A stretch of 64,000 nucleotides of DNA, from positions 14,394 to 78,393 of the forward strand of contig JAGVUB010000164.1 of NCBI GenBank assembly GCA_019136515.1, in the 5' to 3' direction. How positions within the stretch are numbered: the first letter of the stretch is position 1; every line of letters begins with the position of its first letter. Under the pieces are notes generated by a model. It did no database searches. It saw nothing but the letters and a program-made list of their open reading frames with translations, and was not told where the DNA came from. Shown here in pieces: positions 38,069 to 47,231 of this stretch. Source of the DNA: Verrucomicrobiota bacterium (GTDB taxonomy: Bacteria > Verrucomicrobiota > Verrucomicrobiia > Opitutales > Opitutaceae). The translations under genes and the position numbers were made by a program.

Positions 38069-38947
38069 TTAGCGGATCGCGCCGACGGGCAGGCGCAGGA
38101 GGGCGCCCTTGTCGACTCCGGTGTCGCTGATGATCTCGGCTTGCGAGGTCTTGGGATTGACGCGGGTGATGCGAACCTGGCCGACCATGAGTTCCTCACG
38201 GCCGAGGGAGGCGCCGGTGTCGGGATCAGTCATCTCTTCGCCGAGCGCGAAGACTTCCCAGACTTGACCGATCGCGACCCCGCTGCCTTCGCCGCGGCTG
38301 ATGGTGACCATGCGGTCGATCTTCGAGACGATTCGTGCCGGATAGATCACATCGGCGACGCGCGCGGCAACGGCCTCGGCGGCCATGAAGGTGACCTTCT
38401 GGAGGAGGGCATCGCTGAGGTCGCCGTTCTTGCTGGAGTTGGCGGCATTCTCCGTCTGCTCCTTCAACTCGATCGGAATGTTGGTGGATTCGATGAGCTT
38501 GCCGGTCTGGCCGTCGTAGATCTTGCCGACGAGGCCGAGGCGGATGACGCGCCAGCTGGCAGACTTGCCGATCGCGGCGAATTCGCGGGTCTCGGCGTAA
38601 TCCTGGAAATCACCGACGGTGGTCACGAGGAGGTAGTCGACACCGCTGACCTGGAAGTTGCCGGCGCTGAAGTCGGCCTCCTTCAGGATCGAGGCCATGT
38701 CCGAGCGTGCAATCACTTCGAACTTACGGGTGTTCTGCACGCGATCCATGAGCTGGCTGTCGAGGGACTGGACGACGCGGTCGAGGGAGTTCTTGCGGCC
38801 TGCAGCAGTGGTGCTTTCGACCAGCGAGCCGATCGGGCGCACATCGGAGATGGCGATTTTCTTGAGACCGGTGGCGGTAGTCTGCGCGGATAGGCCGGAG
38901 GCGATGGCCAGGCCGGCGGAGAACAGGATGAGGGAGCGAAGTTTCAT
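38069..38947 (-). CDS. CsgG-like periplasmic/OM protein
   Basis: Signal peptide, then KKIAISDV...FEVIARSDMASILKE...GVDYLLVTTVGDF...IRLGLVGKIYDGQTGKLIES. This follows the CsgG-family pattern. Confidence 0.5.
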   Translation of the reverse strand: MKLRSLILFSAGLAIASGLSAQTTATGLKKIAISDVRPIGSLVESTTAAGRKNSLDRVVQSLDSQLMDRVQNTRKFEVIARSDMASILKEADFSAGNFQVSGVDYLLVTTVGDFQDYAETREFAAIGKSASWRVIRLGLVGKIYDGQTGKLIESTNIPIELKEQTENAANSSKNGDLSDALLQKVTFMAAEAVAARVADVIYPARIVSKIDRMVTISRGEGSGVAIGQVWEVFALGEEMTDPDTGASLGREELMVGQVRITRVNPKTSQAEIISDTGVDKGALLRLPVGAIR

Positions 38948-38996
38948 CTGAATGCGAAATGGATGGTGTGGTAGTTGATTGTGAGGGAACGCGACA

Positions 38997-40247
38997 TCAG
39001 TCGCCGAAGATGGAGTTGTGGCGGATGTTGATCTGCGGGGCATCCTTGGTGTCCACCTTGAACCCGCTCTGGCGGAGCATCTGGGCCTGGCCTTCGAGGA
39101 CCTTGACCTGGGCGTCGGTGAGCTTGGCGCCGTTCTTGAGCTCGTTCATGAACGCGGTGGCGTCCTTCCAGCGGGCGATCGTGGCGTCGGTCATCTGCAT
39201 CGCGACGGTGAGGGTCTGGCCGTTGACGGCGTTGATGGTGCGCTCCCAGGTGCGGTAGCCTTCGCGGGTGAGGCGTAGCTTGCTGAATCCGGGGCGGACC
39301 TGGACGGTGCCCGGAGCGGTACCGACGGCCACGCCGTCGACCTCGACGGTCACCTGAAGGGGCGAGACGCTCAGCTTGCTCTCGCCGATGCGGATGGTGT
39401 GGTCGTCGTCGATGCGGACATCGGGGACGAACAGATCGGCGGCATCGATGTTGATCGTGAGATTGACCAACGCGCCGGCTGCGCTGACGGGGGCGATGCG
39501 ACGCTGGGCGATCTTGGCGCTGAGGCTGTCGGCCAGCTGGACGGCTGCCTGATCGAGCAGGTCGTTGTAGATGTCGTCGTTGGCTTCGGCCAGGTTCTCG
39601 GTCTGGCGGGTGCCGACGGTGACCTTGATCGCGTCGGCGGTGATGCTGCCGCCGGTGTTGCCGTCGAGGATCTTGTAGGTGACCCGCATCGTGGTGTCCT
39701 TGGTGACGGTGTTGACCCCGTAGGCGTTCACGGCGCGCTCCTTCGAACCGACGCTGGCGACGGAGGCGATGAGAAGGTAGTCGGCGCCGAGACCTTGGGA
39801 GAGACGCAGGACCGAGCTTTGCTCGGTGAGTTTGGCGTCGAGGCTGTCGGCCGGGCGGGGGGCGGAGGCGACGGCGGGATCGAAGGCGCGCATGGCATCG
39901 GCGATCACTTCGCGGCTGAGGACCTGCATCCCCTTGTCGGTCACGCGGGCGGTCACGAGGTCTTCGAGCGCCATCATCTTGGAGTCGAAGGCTTCTCCGG
40001 CGCGGTTCGAGATGAAGATGGCGGCCTTGTAGGGTCCGCTTTGGCGGACGGCCTGTTCCTGCCGGACCTTCGAGATCGTTGTCGTTTCGGTGACCTGCCG
40101 GCCATCTTCGGTGGTGTAGGAGCGGCTCTCCACCTGTGTCGGCATGGTTGTCGTTGTTGTATCGACTTGTGTGGTCTGCGCCTGGACGGACAGAAGGGCG
40201 GCGCAGCCGCACAGCGTTGCAAAGCAGAGCTTGAATCGGGTGAGCAT
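38997..40247 (-). CDS. CsgG-like domain protein with a C-terminal PEGA domain
   Basis: Signal/lipobox-like N-terminus (ATLCGCAALLSVQA), a CsgG-like core (YKAAIFISN...GADYLLIASV...VTYKILDGNTGGSI), and a PEGA motif region (VEVDGVAVGTAP...LRLTREGYRTWE). Confidence 0.55.
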   Translation of the reverse strand: MLTRFKLCFATLCGCAALLSVQAQTTQVDTTTTTMPTQVESRSYTTEDGRQVTETTTISKVRQEQAVRQSGPYKAAIFISNRAGEAFDSKMMALEDLVTARVTDKGMQVLSREVIADAMRAFDPAVASAPRPADSLDAKLTEQSSVLRLSQGLGADYLLIASVASVGSKERAVNAYGVNTVTKDTTMRVTYKILDGNTGGSITADAIKVTVGTRQTENLAEANDDIYNDLLDQAAVQLADSLSAKIAQRRIAPVSAAGALVNLTINIDAADLFVPDVRIDDDHTIRIGESKLSVSPLQVTVEVDGVAVGTAPGTVQVRPGFSKLRLTREGYRTWERTINAVNGQTLTVAMQMTDATIARWKDATAFMNELKNGAKLTDAQVKVLEGQAQMLRQSGFKVDTKDAPQINIRHNSIFGD

Positions 40248-40685
40248 GGTGACGGAAACGTTGTTGGACTTCCTAAGGAAAGGGAGTGTGGACTGCAGCC
40301 GAGCTAGCATGCGGCAGATGGAAGCGTCTTCCACCTGCGGCGGGGGTTGATGGAGCCCACGAATCGAAGAACCATAACGGGGAGACGCGGCAGACGATGC
40401 ATCCAGTTACCGGGATATGGGCCATATGGTGGCGTAGTTCGTGCGAAGCAGTTCGTCCCCTCCACCCTGGGGGTGTTTGCCGTATGGTAATCTCATGGGA
40501 TTTCCAGACCCTATCGGTAATGCCGTATTGATTCTTTACGAGGAAAAACTGGCCTCCACAGGCGGGGCCGGTCGTGCACGGAAGCGGGGCCGAGGACCGG
40601 TTCGCTTGCGTGTCGGGAGACGGAATATCGCCTGCCAGAGTTCCACAGACTTGTCGCCGCGGAGGCCCTCGGCAGGGCAGCGGCC

Positions 40686-41492
40686 TCAATCGCGGCGTGG
40701 AAAGGTTGAGACCTGCTCGCGGACGCGGGCGATGGTGGCGGGCGGGAGGTAGCCGCCGAAGGCCATCGTGGGCATGACCAGCGCGCGTGGGCCGAGGAGC
40801 GTGCCGGGCTGGAGGACGGCGTTGCAGCCGACCTCGGCCTTGTCGCCGAGGATGGCGCCGAACTTGCGCAGGCCGGTGTCGAACGTGCCGGTGGGCAGGC
40901 GGAGGACGACGGCCTTCTGGTCGAGGCGGAGATTCGAGAGCACGGCGCCGGCGCCGAGGTGGGCGCCGTTGCCGAGGATGGAGTCTCCGACGTAGGGGCG
41001 GTGGGGGACCTGGACGCCGTCCATCAGCAGCGAGTTCTTGAGCTCGGCGTTGTGGCCGACGGTGCACCGGGCGCCGACGATCACGTTGCCGCGCAGGAAG
41101 CAACCCGGCAGGAGCTTGGATTCGGGGCCGATCCAGACCGGGCCGATGAGCGTCGCGGTGTGCGGCAGTTGCGCGGTCGGGTGGATGAAAACCGGACCCT
41201 CAGCGTGGATGCCGGGGGGGAGTGCCTGGCTACCGGCGAAATCAGCGGCGGCGAGGGCGGGCCCGATTTGCTTGAGCCATTCCCATGGGTGCGCTCCCGG
41301 GGAAAAGGAGGCGGCGAAAGAGGCGAGGGAGTGGGGGAGGCTGAAGAAATCGGCGGCTTTCACGGCAGCCGAGCGTGGAAGGGATGCGCGGGTCTGACGA
41401 GAAGGAAGCGCTGTGGGACCAGCGAATGGGCGTGGTGAGGTAGCGGGTGCAGCCGGGCGCAGTTCGTTGGGGGGAGCGACGGCGGAGGCCAC
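40686..41492 (-). CDS. Left-handed beta-helix (hexapeptide-repeat) transferase-like protein
   Basis: Repeated [LIV]G-x4 hexapeptides (IGPESKLLPGCFLRGNVIVGARCTVGHNAELKNSLL...). The start is uncertain; an alternative GTG lies at 41363. Confidence 0.7.
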   Translation of the reverse strand: MASAVAPPNELRPAAPATSPRPFAGPTALPSRQTRASLPRSAAVKAADFFSLPHSLASFAASFSPGAHPWEWLKQIGPALAAADFAGSQALPPGIHAEGPVFIHPTAQLPHTATLIGPVWIGPESKLLPGCFLRGNVIVGARCTVGHNAELKNSLLMDGVQVPHRPYVGDSILGNGAHLGAGAVLSNLRLDQKAVVLRLPTGTFDTGLRKFGAILGDKAEVGCNAVLQPGTLLGPRALVMPTMAFGGYLPPATIARVREQVSTFPRRD

Positions 41493-41556
41493 GCATGGAA
41501 TAGTTGGGGGATCGCGCAGGGCCTCATGTGAAGGATCAAGAGAGGGTTCGATGATT

Positions 41557-41562
41557 GTATAA
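41557..41562 (+). promoter_or_regulatory. Candidate -10 box (TATAAT) in an AT-rich divergent promoter region
   Basis: An exact TATAAT preceded by TG lies in an unusually AT-rich ~250-nt intergenic region (41493-41740) upstream of the TonB-dependent receptor. No experimental support. Confidence 0.25.
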
Positions 41563-41740
41563 TTTAACGATATACCTCCTAGTGTTTCAGGATTGCCCGT
41601 GGCTGCGGGGAAAAAGCATTAAGATGGCGGAAAAATAACTCATTTTATCTTTCCGGCCACCTCGCTACTCTCGTCACGATTCCGTCCACCGATGTGACGG
41701 AGTTTATAGCCTAACCCCCCAAACAAAGAGAACGGACCCT

Positions 41741-44700
41741 ATGACCCGTAAATCGATTACGGCAGGCGCGTATGTCGCCGCAGCTGTATTGTCTGTCGCG
41801 GTTGCGCCGAGATCGCTCGGCCAAGCCGCTCCGGCCGCTTCACCGGCCGCCGAACCCGCTGCAAGTGAGGAAGAAGTTGTCGTGCTGTCGCCCTTCGTGG
41901 TCAGCGCAGAGAACTCCCAGCGTTACTTGGCGTCCGACACCTTGGCCGGTACCCGCATTCGTACCGAGCTCAAGGACGTTGGTTCCGCCATCAGCGTCGT
42001 CACGGGTGAGTTCCTCCGCGACACCGGTGCCCGCAACAATCAGGACCTCCTCGTCTACACGACGGGCACGGAAGTTGGCGGCGTCGCCGGCAACTTCGCC
42101 GGTCTGGGCAACGGTCAGATGCTCGACGACACCAACGCCCGCATGAACCCGAACGGCAACACGCGCGTTCGCGGTCTGGCCGAAGCCGACAACACCCGCG
42201 ACTTCTTCCTCACCGACATTCCGTGGGATTCCTTCAACGTCGGCCGCGTCGATCTGCAGCGCGGTGCCAACGCCATGCTCTTCGGCGTCGGCAGCCCGGC
42301 CGGTATCGTTAACTCCAGCACCAACGCGGCCGCCTTCTCCAATGAGAACACGGTCGAGTTCCGCTACGGCAGCTACGGTTCCGCCCGCGGGTCCCTCGAC
42401 TTCAATCGGGTTCTCCTCGACGATGAACTCGCCGTGCGCGTCGCCGCTCTCGACGACCACACCAAGTACCGCCAGCGCCCGGCTTACCAGCGTGACGAGC
42501 GTCTCTATGCCGCCCTGCGCTACGACCCGAAGTTCATGCGCTTCGAGGGTGCCCGCACGACCTTCAAGATGAACTACGAGAAGGGTGACGTCGACGCCAA
42601 CCGTCCGCGCACGATTCCCCCGGGTGACACCATCACTCCGTGGTTCTCCGAGGCCAGCCTCAATGGCCTTGTTCTCTATCCCGACCGCGTCGGCTTGTCC
42701 AACGTCGCCCAGGTAACCGCCGACAACGCCGCTGGCATCCGCGGCACGGGCATTCGCAAGTCCTCGCTTGATGGCGGCGCAGCCAATCCGAACTACAACC
42801 CGCGCATCGCTTCGTTCGGTCGCAACTACGGTGGCATCGTCGCCGTGTTCCCCGACCAGGACTCAAACAACTTCAGCCTCATGCGTACCGACATCGGAAC
42901 CGCAGGCGGCCTGAGGGGCACCGACGATCCCAAGACGACTGACGTGAACGAGATCGGCACGGTTGACGGTGGTATCGGCGGCATTCCGTGGACCATCATG
43001 TCCGGCCTTATTCCCTTCAAGGAGTACGCTGGCTCGATCGGCATGCCCGACGCCAACTACGGCCTCTACAAGAACTACTGCCTGCAGGACGAAACTGTCT
43101 TCGACTTTTACAACAACCTGCTCGACGGCCCGAACAAGCGGGAATGGTCCAACCACGAGGCGTTCAACGCCTCCATGGCCCAGACCTTCCTCGACAATCG
43201 CCTCGGCTTTGAGGCCGTCTACGATCACCAGACCTACGAGCGTGGGCAGGTGAACATGATGTCCGATTACGGCCAGTCGATCACCCTCGACCGCAACTAC
43301 ACGCTGGTCGATGGTTCACTGAACCCGAACTTTAACCGAGCGGCGATCGTCTCCGACGGCTACTCCAACAACACCTACCACAGCCAGCGTGAATCCTGGC
43401 GTGTGACGGCGTTCGGCGAGTTGCGTTTCTCGGACTTCATGAAGAAGAATCTGCTCACCGACATCCTCGGTCGCCACGTCTTCACCGGCCTCATCAGCGG
43501 TGATCGCGTCGATATTGAGCAGCGCAACTGGTTCCTCGCGGCGGCCGACATTTCCTACGGTGTCGCCAACCACGACAAGCTCCTCCGCAACCGCGGTGCG
43601 AACATCCTGACCTACATCGGCGATCCCGTCATCGAGGCGCACGGCGCCTACCTGCCCCGTCTGACCGCGCTTCAGGTCCCGACCTCGGGCTCCCTCCACT
43701 GGTTCGACTCCACCTGGAACTCGTCCGTCAATCCGGGAGATCCGTGGATCGACCAGTACGGAAACACCAGCACGCAGTCTGAGAATCCGGCCAACTACGT
43801 TGGCTGGACCAATCGGCCCATCGACGTCATCAGCGAATACGCTGGCGACCGCGATAGCCTCGTCACCAACGCTTCGTTGCGTCGTACCAAGCTCAAGTCG
43901 AAGGCAGTCTCGATGCAGAGCTACTTCTGGGACGGCAACATCGTTGCCACCGCTGGCGTTCGCCGCGATGTGCAACGCTCTTGGGCGCTCAATCAAGGCC
44001 CGAAGAATCCCGATGGCTCCGAGACGATCGATCTCTACAGCCCCGATTATCGTCTCCCCGATAGTGGTGAGAAGGTGAGCGGCACCTCGAAGAGCTACAG
44101 CATCATGCTGCACACTCCGAAGGAGATCCGTCGCAAGCTCCCCGGAAACACCGGTCTCAGCTTGTTCTACAACAAGTCCGAGAACTTCCAGCCGGCTTCC
44201 GGTCGCGTCGACGCCTTCGGCAACCCGCTCGCTTCGCCGAACGGCAAGACTCGCGACTACGGCTTCATGATCACCACCTTCGATGACCGGGTTTCCCTGA
44301 AGGTGAACTGGTACAAGACCGAGGTGTTCAATGCGGCCCTTTCGGCCTTCAGCGGCGACTATATGCTGCCGGCTGCCGAAGCTTGGGGCTATATGTTTGC
44401 CCGTCGTAACCTTGAACGCTTTGGCTCCTACGGCACCTCCAACGAGGGGCTCGGTGGCTACAGCCCCATGGTTGGCCAGTCCGCGGCCGACGCCATTGCC
44501 GCTGGCGATGCCGTCTGCAATGCCTACCTCGCGAACCTGAATTCCGACCAGTGGTTCAGCAACTGGGGCATCGACAAGAACCAGTGGAACGGCTGGATGA
44601 ACTGGACCACCCCCCAGGGCTGGACCATCACCGGCGACACCACCTCGAAGGGTGTTGAGTACGAACTCAACGTCGCTGTCTCCAAGAACCTGAACATCAT

Positions 44701-45337
44701 GATCAACGCCTCCAAGACGGAAGCCATGCGTACCAACATGGCTGAGTCCTTGGCGACGTACGTCGAAGACCGCTGGGCGCTCTATAACACCCCGGTCATG
44801 CTCAACGGCGTGCAGGTCGGCTACATCGGTGATGTGCGCATGTGGGATGAGAGCTACAACCCGGGCGAGACCATCCGCGGCAAGTTCGGCCGCGAGTTCA
44901 TGTCCGGCTACACTCTGTATCGCATGCAGGAGAACTCCAATGTGCCCGAGCTTCGTCCGTGGCGCTTCAACTTGGTTGCCAACTACAACTTCGACGAGGG
45001 CTTCCTCAAGGGAGTTAACGTTGGCGTGGGCTATCGCTGGCAGGACGGCGTCGTCACCGGCTACAAGCTCACCGAGGCGATCAATCCGGATACCGGCATG
45101 AAGGACTTCGACCTCGAAAACCCCTGGATGGGGCCGAGCGAAACCAACGTCGACATGTGGGTCGGCTACAGCCGCAAGCTCACCGACAAGATCGACTGGC
45201 ACATCCAGCTCAATCTTCGCAACATCACCACCAAGAAGGAGCTCATCCCGATCACGGTTCAGCCCGATGGCACCATGGCCGTCGGCCGTATCCCCGAGAC
45301 CTTCACGTGGACGCTCACCAACACCTTCAAGTTCTGA
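41741..45337 (+). CDS. TonB-dependent outer-membrane receptor (very large, 1198 aa)
   Basis: Signal peptide. Plug domain (VVLSPFVVSAE...AGTRIRTELKDVGSAISVVT..FL.D, NTRVRGL, VDLQRGANAMLFGVGSPAGIVN). Terminal aromatic residue (...TNTFKF). Confidence 0.85.
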   Translation: MTRKSITAGAYVAAAVLSVAVAPRSLGQAAPAASPAAEPAASEEEVVVLSPFVVSAENSQRYLASDTLAGTRIRTELKDVGSAISVVTGEFLRDTGARNNQDLLVYTTGTEVGGVAGNFAGLGNGQMLDDTNARMNPNGNTRVRGLAEADNTRDFFLTDIPWDSFNVGRVDLQRGANAMLFGVGSPAGIVNSSTNAAAFSNENTVEFRYGSYGSARGSLDFNRVLLDDELAVRVAALDDHTKYRQRPAYQRDERLYAALRYDPKFMRFEGARTTFKMNYEKGDVDANRPRTIPPGDTITPWFSEASLNGLVLYPDRVGLSNVAQVTADNAAGIRGTGIRKSSLDGGAANPNYNPRIASFGRNYGGIVAVFPDQDSNNFSLMRTDIGTAGGLRGTDDPKTTDVNEIGTVDGGIGGIPWTIMSGLIPFKEYAGSIGMPDANYGLYKNYCLQDETVFDFYNNLLDGPNKREWSNHEAFNASMAQTFLDNRLGFEAVYDHQTYERGQVNMMSDYGQSITLDRNYTLVDGSLNPNFNRAAIVSDGYSNNTYHSQRESWRVTAFGELRFSDFMKKNLLTDILGRHVFTGLISGDRVDIEQRNWFLAAADISYGVANHDKLLRNRGANILTYIGDPVIEAHGAYLPRLTALQVPTSGSLHWFDSTWNSSVNPGDPWIDQYGNTSTQSENPANYVGWTNRPIDVISEYAGDRDSLVTNASLRRTKLKSKAVSMQSYFWDGNIVATAGVRRDVQRSWALNQGPKNPDGSETIDLYSPDYRLPDSGEKVSGTSKSYSIMLHTPKEIRRKLPGNTGLSLFYNKSENFQPASGRVDAFGNPLASPNGKTRDYGFMITTFDDRVSLKVNWYKTEVFNAALSAFSGDYMLPAAEAWGYMFARRNLERFGSYGTSNEGLGGYSPMVGQSAADAIAAGDAVCNAYLANLNSDQWFSNWGIDKNQWNGWMNWTTPQGWTITGDTTSKGVEYELNVAVSKNLNIMINASKTEAMRTNMAESLATYVEDRWALYNTPVMLNGVQVGYIGDVRMWDESYNPGETIRGKFGREFMSGYTLYRMQENSNVPELRPWRFNLVANYNFDEGFLKGVNVGVGYRWQDGVVTGYKLTEAINPDTGMKDFDLENPWMGPSETNVDMWVGYSRKLTDKIDWHIQLNLRNITTKKELIPITVQPDGTMAVGRIPETFTWTLTNTFKF

Positions 45338-45383
45338 TCAGGTCTAGCGCCTGATTCGGAACCCAGTGTTGATTCGGCTTCGG

Positions 45384-45414
45384 AGCCGGGACTTCGGTCC
45401 CGGCTCTTTTTTTT
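45384..45414 (+). terminator. Strong rho-independent terminator after the TonB-dependent receptor gene
   Basis: GAGCCGGGAC-TTCG-GTCCCGGCTC followed by T8. Confidence 0.85.
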
Positions 45415-45548
45415 CGCTCTCGGAACCCTTCGTTGAGCTAGTTGCCGGTCGCCCTTGGCGGGCCTGATCTGCGTTCGTGGGACCGACACGGTCTCTCGAC
45501 TGCTGGAAAGCGCTCGCAGCCGGCGGTCGCGCGCCGCATATCCACCGC

Positions 45549-46541
45549 ATGCCGCCGTTGCGCCTGCTTTTCCTCGGTTCCGATCCGATCGCCCTCCCGG
45601 TGCTGGAGTATCTCGCTGGCGCCGGACGGGAGCTGGCGACGGTTGTCGCGGTGTACACCCAGCCCGACCGACCGCACGGGCGAGGCCAGAAGGTGGTGCC
45701 GGGCCCGATCAAGGAGTGGGCGCTGGCGCACGGTCTGCCGGTCTACCAACCCGAGCGGCTCGGTCCCGACGACACCGCCCGCGTGCGTGAGCTCGGCGTC
45801 GATGCCGCGCTGGTGATGGCCTTCGGGCAGCTCCTCAAGGACGACTTCCTCGCGGCGCTGCCGCTGGGCGTCTTCAATCTCCACACCTCGCTGCTGCCGA
45901 AATACCGCGGGGCCTGCCCGGCAACCGTGGCCATCGCCAGCGGCAATGGCGAGACGGGCGTCACGTTCATGCGCGTGGTGCGCAAACTCGATGCCGGCGC
46001 GATCGTCGACCAGGAGCGGGTGCCAATCGGCCCGCACGAGACCACCGCCTCGCTCGAGGCCGCGCTCGGACTGGCGGCCGTGCCGCTCACCGCGCGCTGT
46101 CTTGCGGCCTTGCGTGCAGGCGCGCTCGCCGCGCGCGAGCAGGACGAGTCCGCGGTGAGCTACTGCCGGCGGCTGGCGAAGACGGACGGCGTGCTCGATT
46201 TCTCGCGACCGGCGGCCGAGCTGGCTCGCCGGATCAACGCGCTCATGCCCTGGCCCGGCTGCGCGATCGAGATCGGCGGAGTGCTGGTGAAGCTCGGCCT
46301 CGCCGAGGCGGCGGAGGGCGGCGGTGCCGCGCCCGGGACGGTGCTCGCGCCGGAGGGCGATGCTCTGCCGGTGGCCACGGGCGAGGGGACTCTGCGTCTC
46401 CTGCGGCTCCAGCGGCCCGGAGGCAAGATGCTGCCGGCCACGGAATTTCTGCGGGGTTTCGCGGTGCCGGTGGGCTGTGTGTTGGCCTCGCAGCCGATGC
46501 CACCGTTGGTGGCGCGCGAACCGTTTCCGAGGAAGTCGTGA
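45549..46541 (+). CDS. fmt: Methionyl-tRNA formyltransferase
   Basis: LLFLGSDPIALPVLE, the SLLPKYRGA-type motif (HTSLLPKYRGACP) and the C-terminal Formyl_trans_C region. Confidence 0.93.
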   Translation: MPPLRLLFLGSDPIALPVLEYLAGAGRELATVVAVYTQPDRPHGRGQKVVPGPIKEWALAHGLPVYQPERLGPDDTARVRELGVDAALVMAFGQLLKDDFLAALPLGVFNLHTSLLPKYRGACPATVAIASGNGETGVTFMRVVRKLDAGAIVDQERVPIGPHETTASLEAALGLAAVPLTARCLAALRAGALAAREQDESAVSYCRRLAKTDGVLDFSRPAAELARRINALMPWPGCAIEIGGVLVKLGLAEAAEGGGAAPGTVLAPEGDALPVATGEGTLRLLRLQRPGGKMLPATEFLRGFAVPVGCVLASQPMPPLVAREPFPRKS

Positions 46542-46612
46542 ATTCCGGGCGGAAACGATTCGCGCGAGCCAACGCGCTTGTTTTTGCCGGCACGGTTTTG
46601 CATGCTGCGGCC

Positions 46613-47230
46613 ATGAAACTGGTGCCCACGCTGATCGTCGGACTGATCGCAGCCGCTCCGCTGTGCGGTCAGCGGGCCGACCCGCGCGCGGTCGAGCTCG
46701 CCAACCTGCGCGAGGACGTGCGCCTGCTCCAGCAGACCGTCGCCGAGTTGCAGGCCTCGCTCGCCGAGCTCCAGCGGGACAACGCCGCGCTGAGTCAGCA
46801 GGCCGAATCCGGCCGCGCTTCCAACGTCACGCTTGCGCAGCTCAACGACGCGCTCGCCCAGCTTCGGCAGACCACCGACACTGCGCTGGCCGAGCAGAAA
46901 CGGGACACCCTTCAGACCGTGGCCCAGCAGATCGCGAAGCTCGCGAAGGAGACCAACGCCGCGATCGCCGCCGTGGCCAAGGGCCAGGCGACGCGCCCGA
47001 CCATCAGCACCGAGTTCAGCGACGATTTCCCGAAGGAAGGCGTGACGCACACCGTGCAGGCGGGGGAGACGCTCTCGACCATCGCGAAGCGGTACGGCGT
47101 GCCGATGAAGAACATCCAGAACGCCAATCGCATCGCGGACCCCACCAAGATTCACGTGGGCCAAAGCCTGTTTATTCCCGGATCAACCGGGCCGCTGATG
47201 CCGGCTCCGCAGGTCCGACCCTCCAACTGA
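46613..47230 (+). CDS. Secreted coiled-coil protein with a C-terminal LysM domain
   Basis: Signal peptide, heptad-like Q/L/A-rich region, and LysM motif HTVQAGETLSTIAKRYGVPMKNIQNANRIADPTKIHVGQSLFIP. Confidence 0.8.
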   Translation: MKLVPTLIVGLIAAAPLCGQRADPRAVELANLREDVRLLQQTVAELQASLAELQRDNAALSQQAESGRASNVTLAQLNDALAQLRQTTDTALAEQKRDTLQTVAQQIAKLAKETNAAIAAVAKGQATRPTISTEFSDDFPKEGVTHTVQAGETLSTIAKRYGVPMKNIQNANRIADPTKIHVGQSLFIPGSTGPLMPAPQVRPSN

Positions 47231-47231
47231 C

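Larger units (their letters stand above)
32543..40884. mobile_element. Putative ancient insertion / genomic islet flanked by an imperfect direct repeat of a gene 3' end, with no integrase seen
   Basis: The direct repeats 32543-32741 and 40686-40884 share a 69-bp identical core at the inner/upstream edge (32673-32741 = 40816-40884). Their distal arms are ~80% identical. The enclosed six genes are all on the minus strand and visibly lower in GC, especially 32980-35376. Confidence 0.5.

Noticed and set aside
43316-45202. 628-aa ORF antisense to the TonB-dependent receptor
   Set aside because: It is antisense to a well-supported gene and has no motifs.
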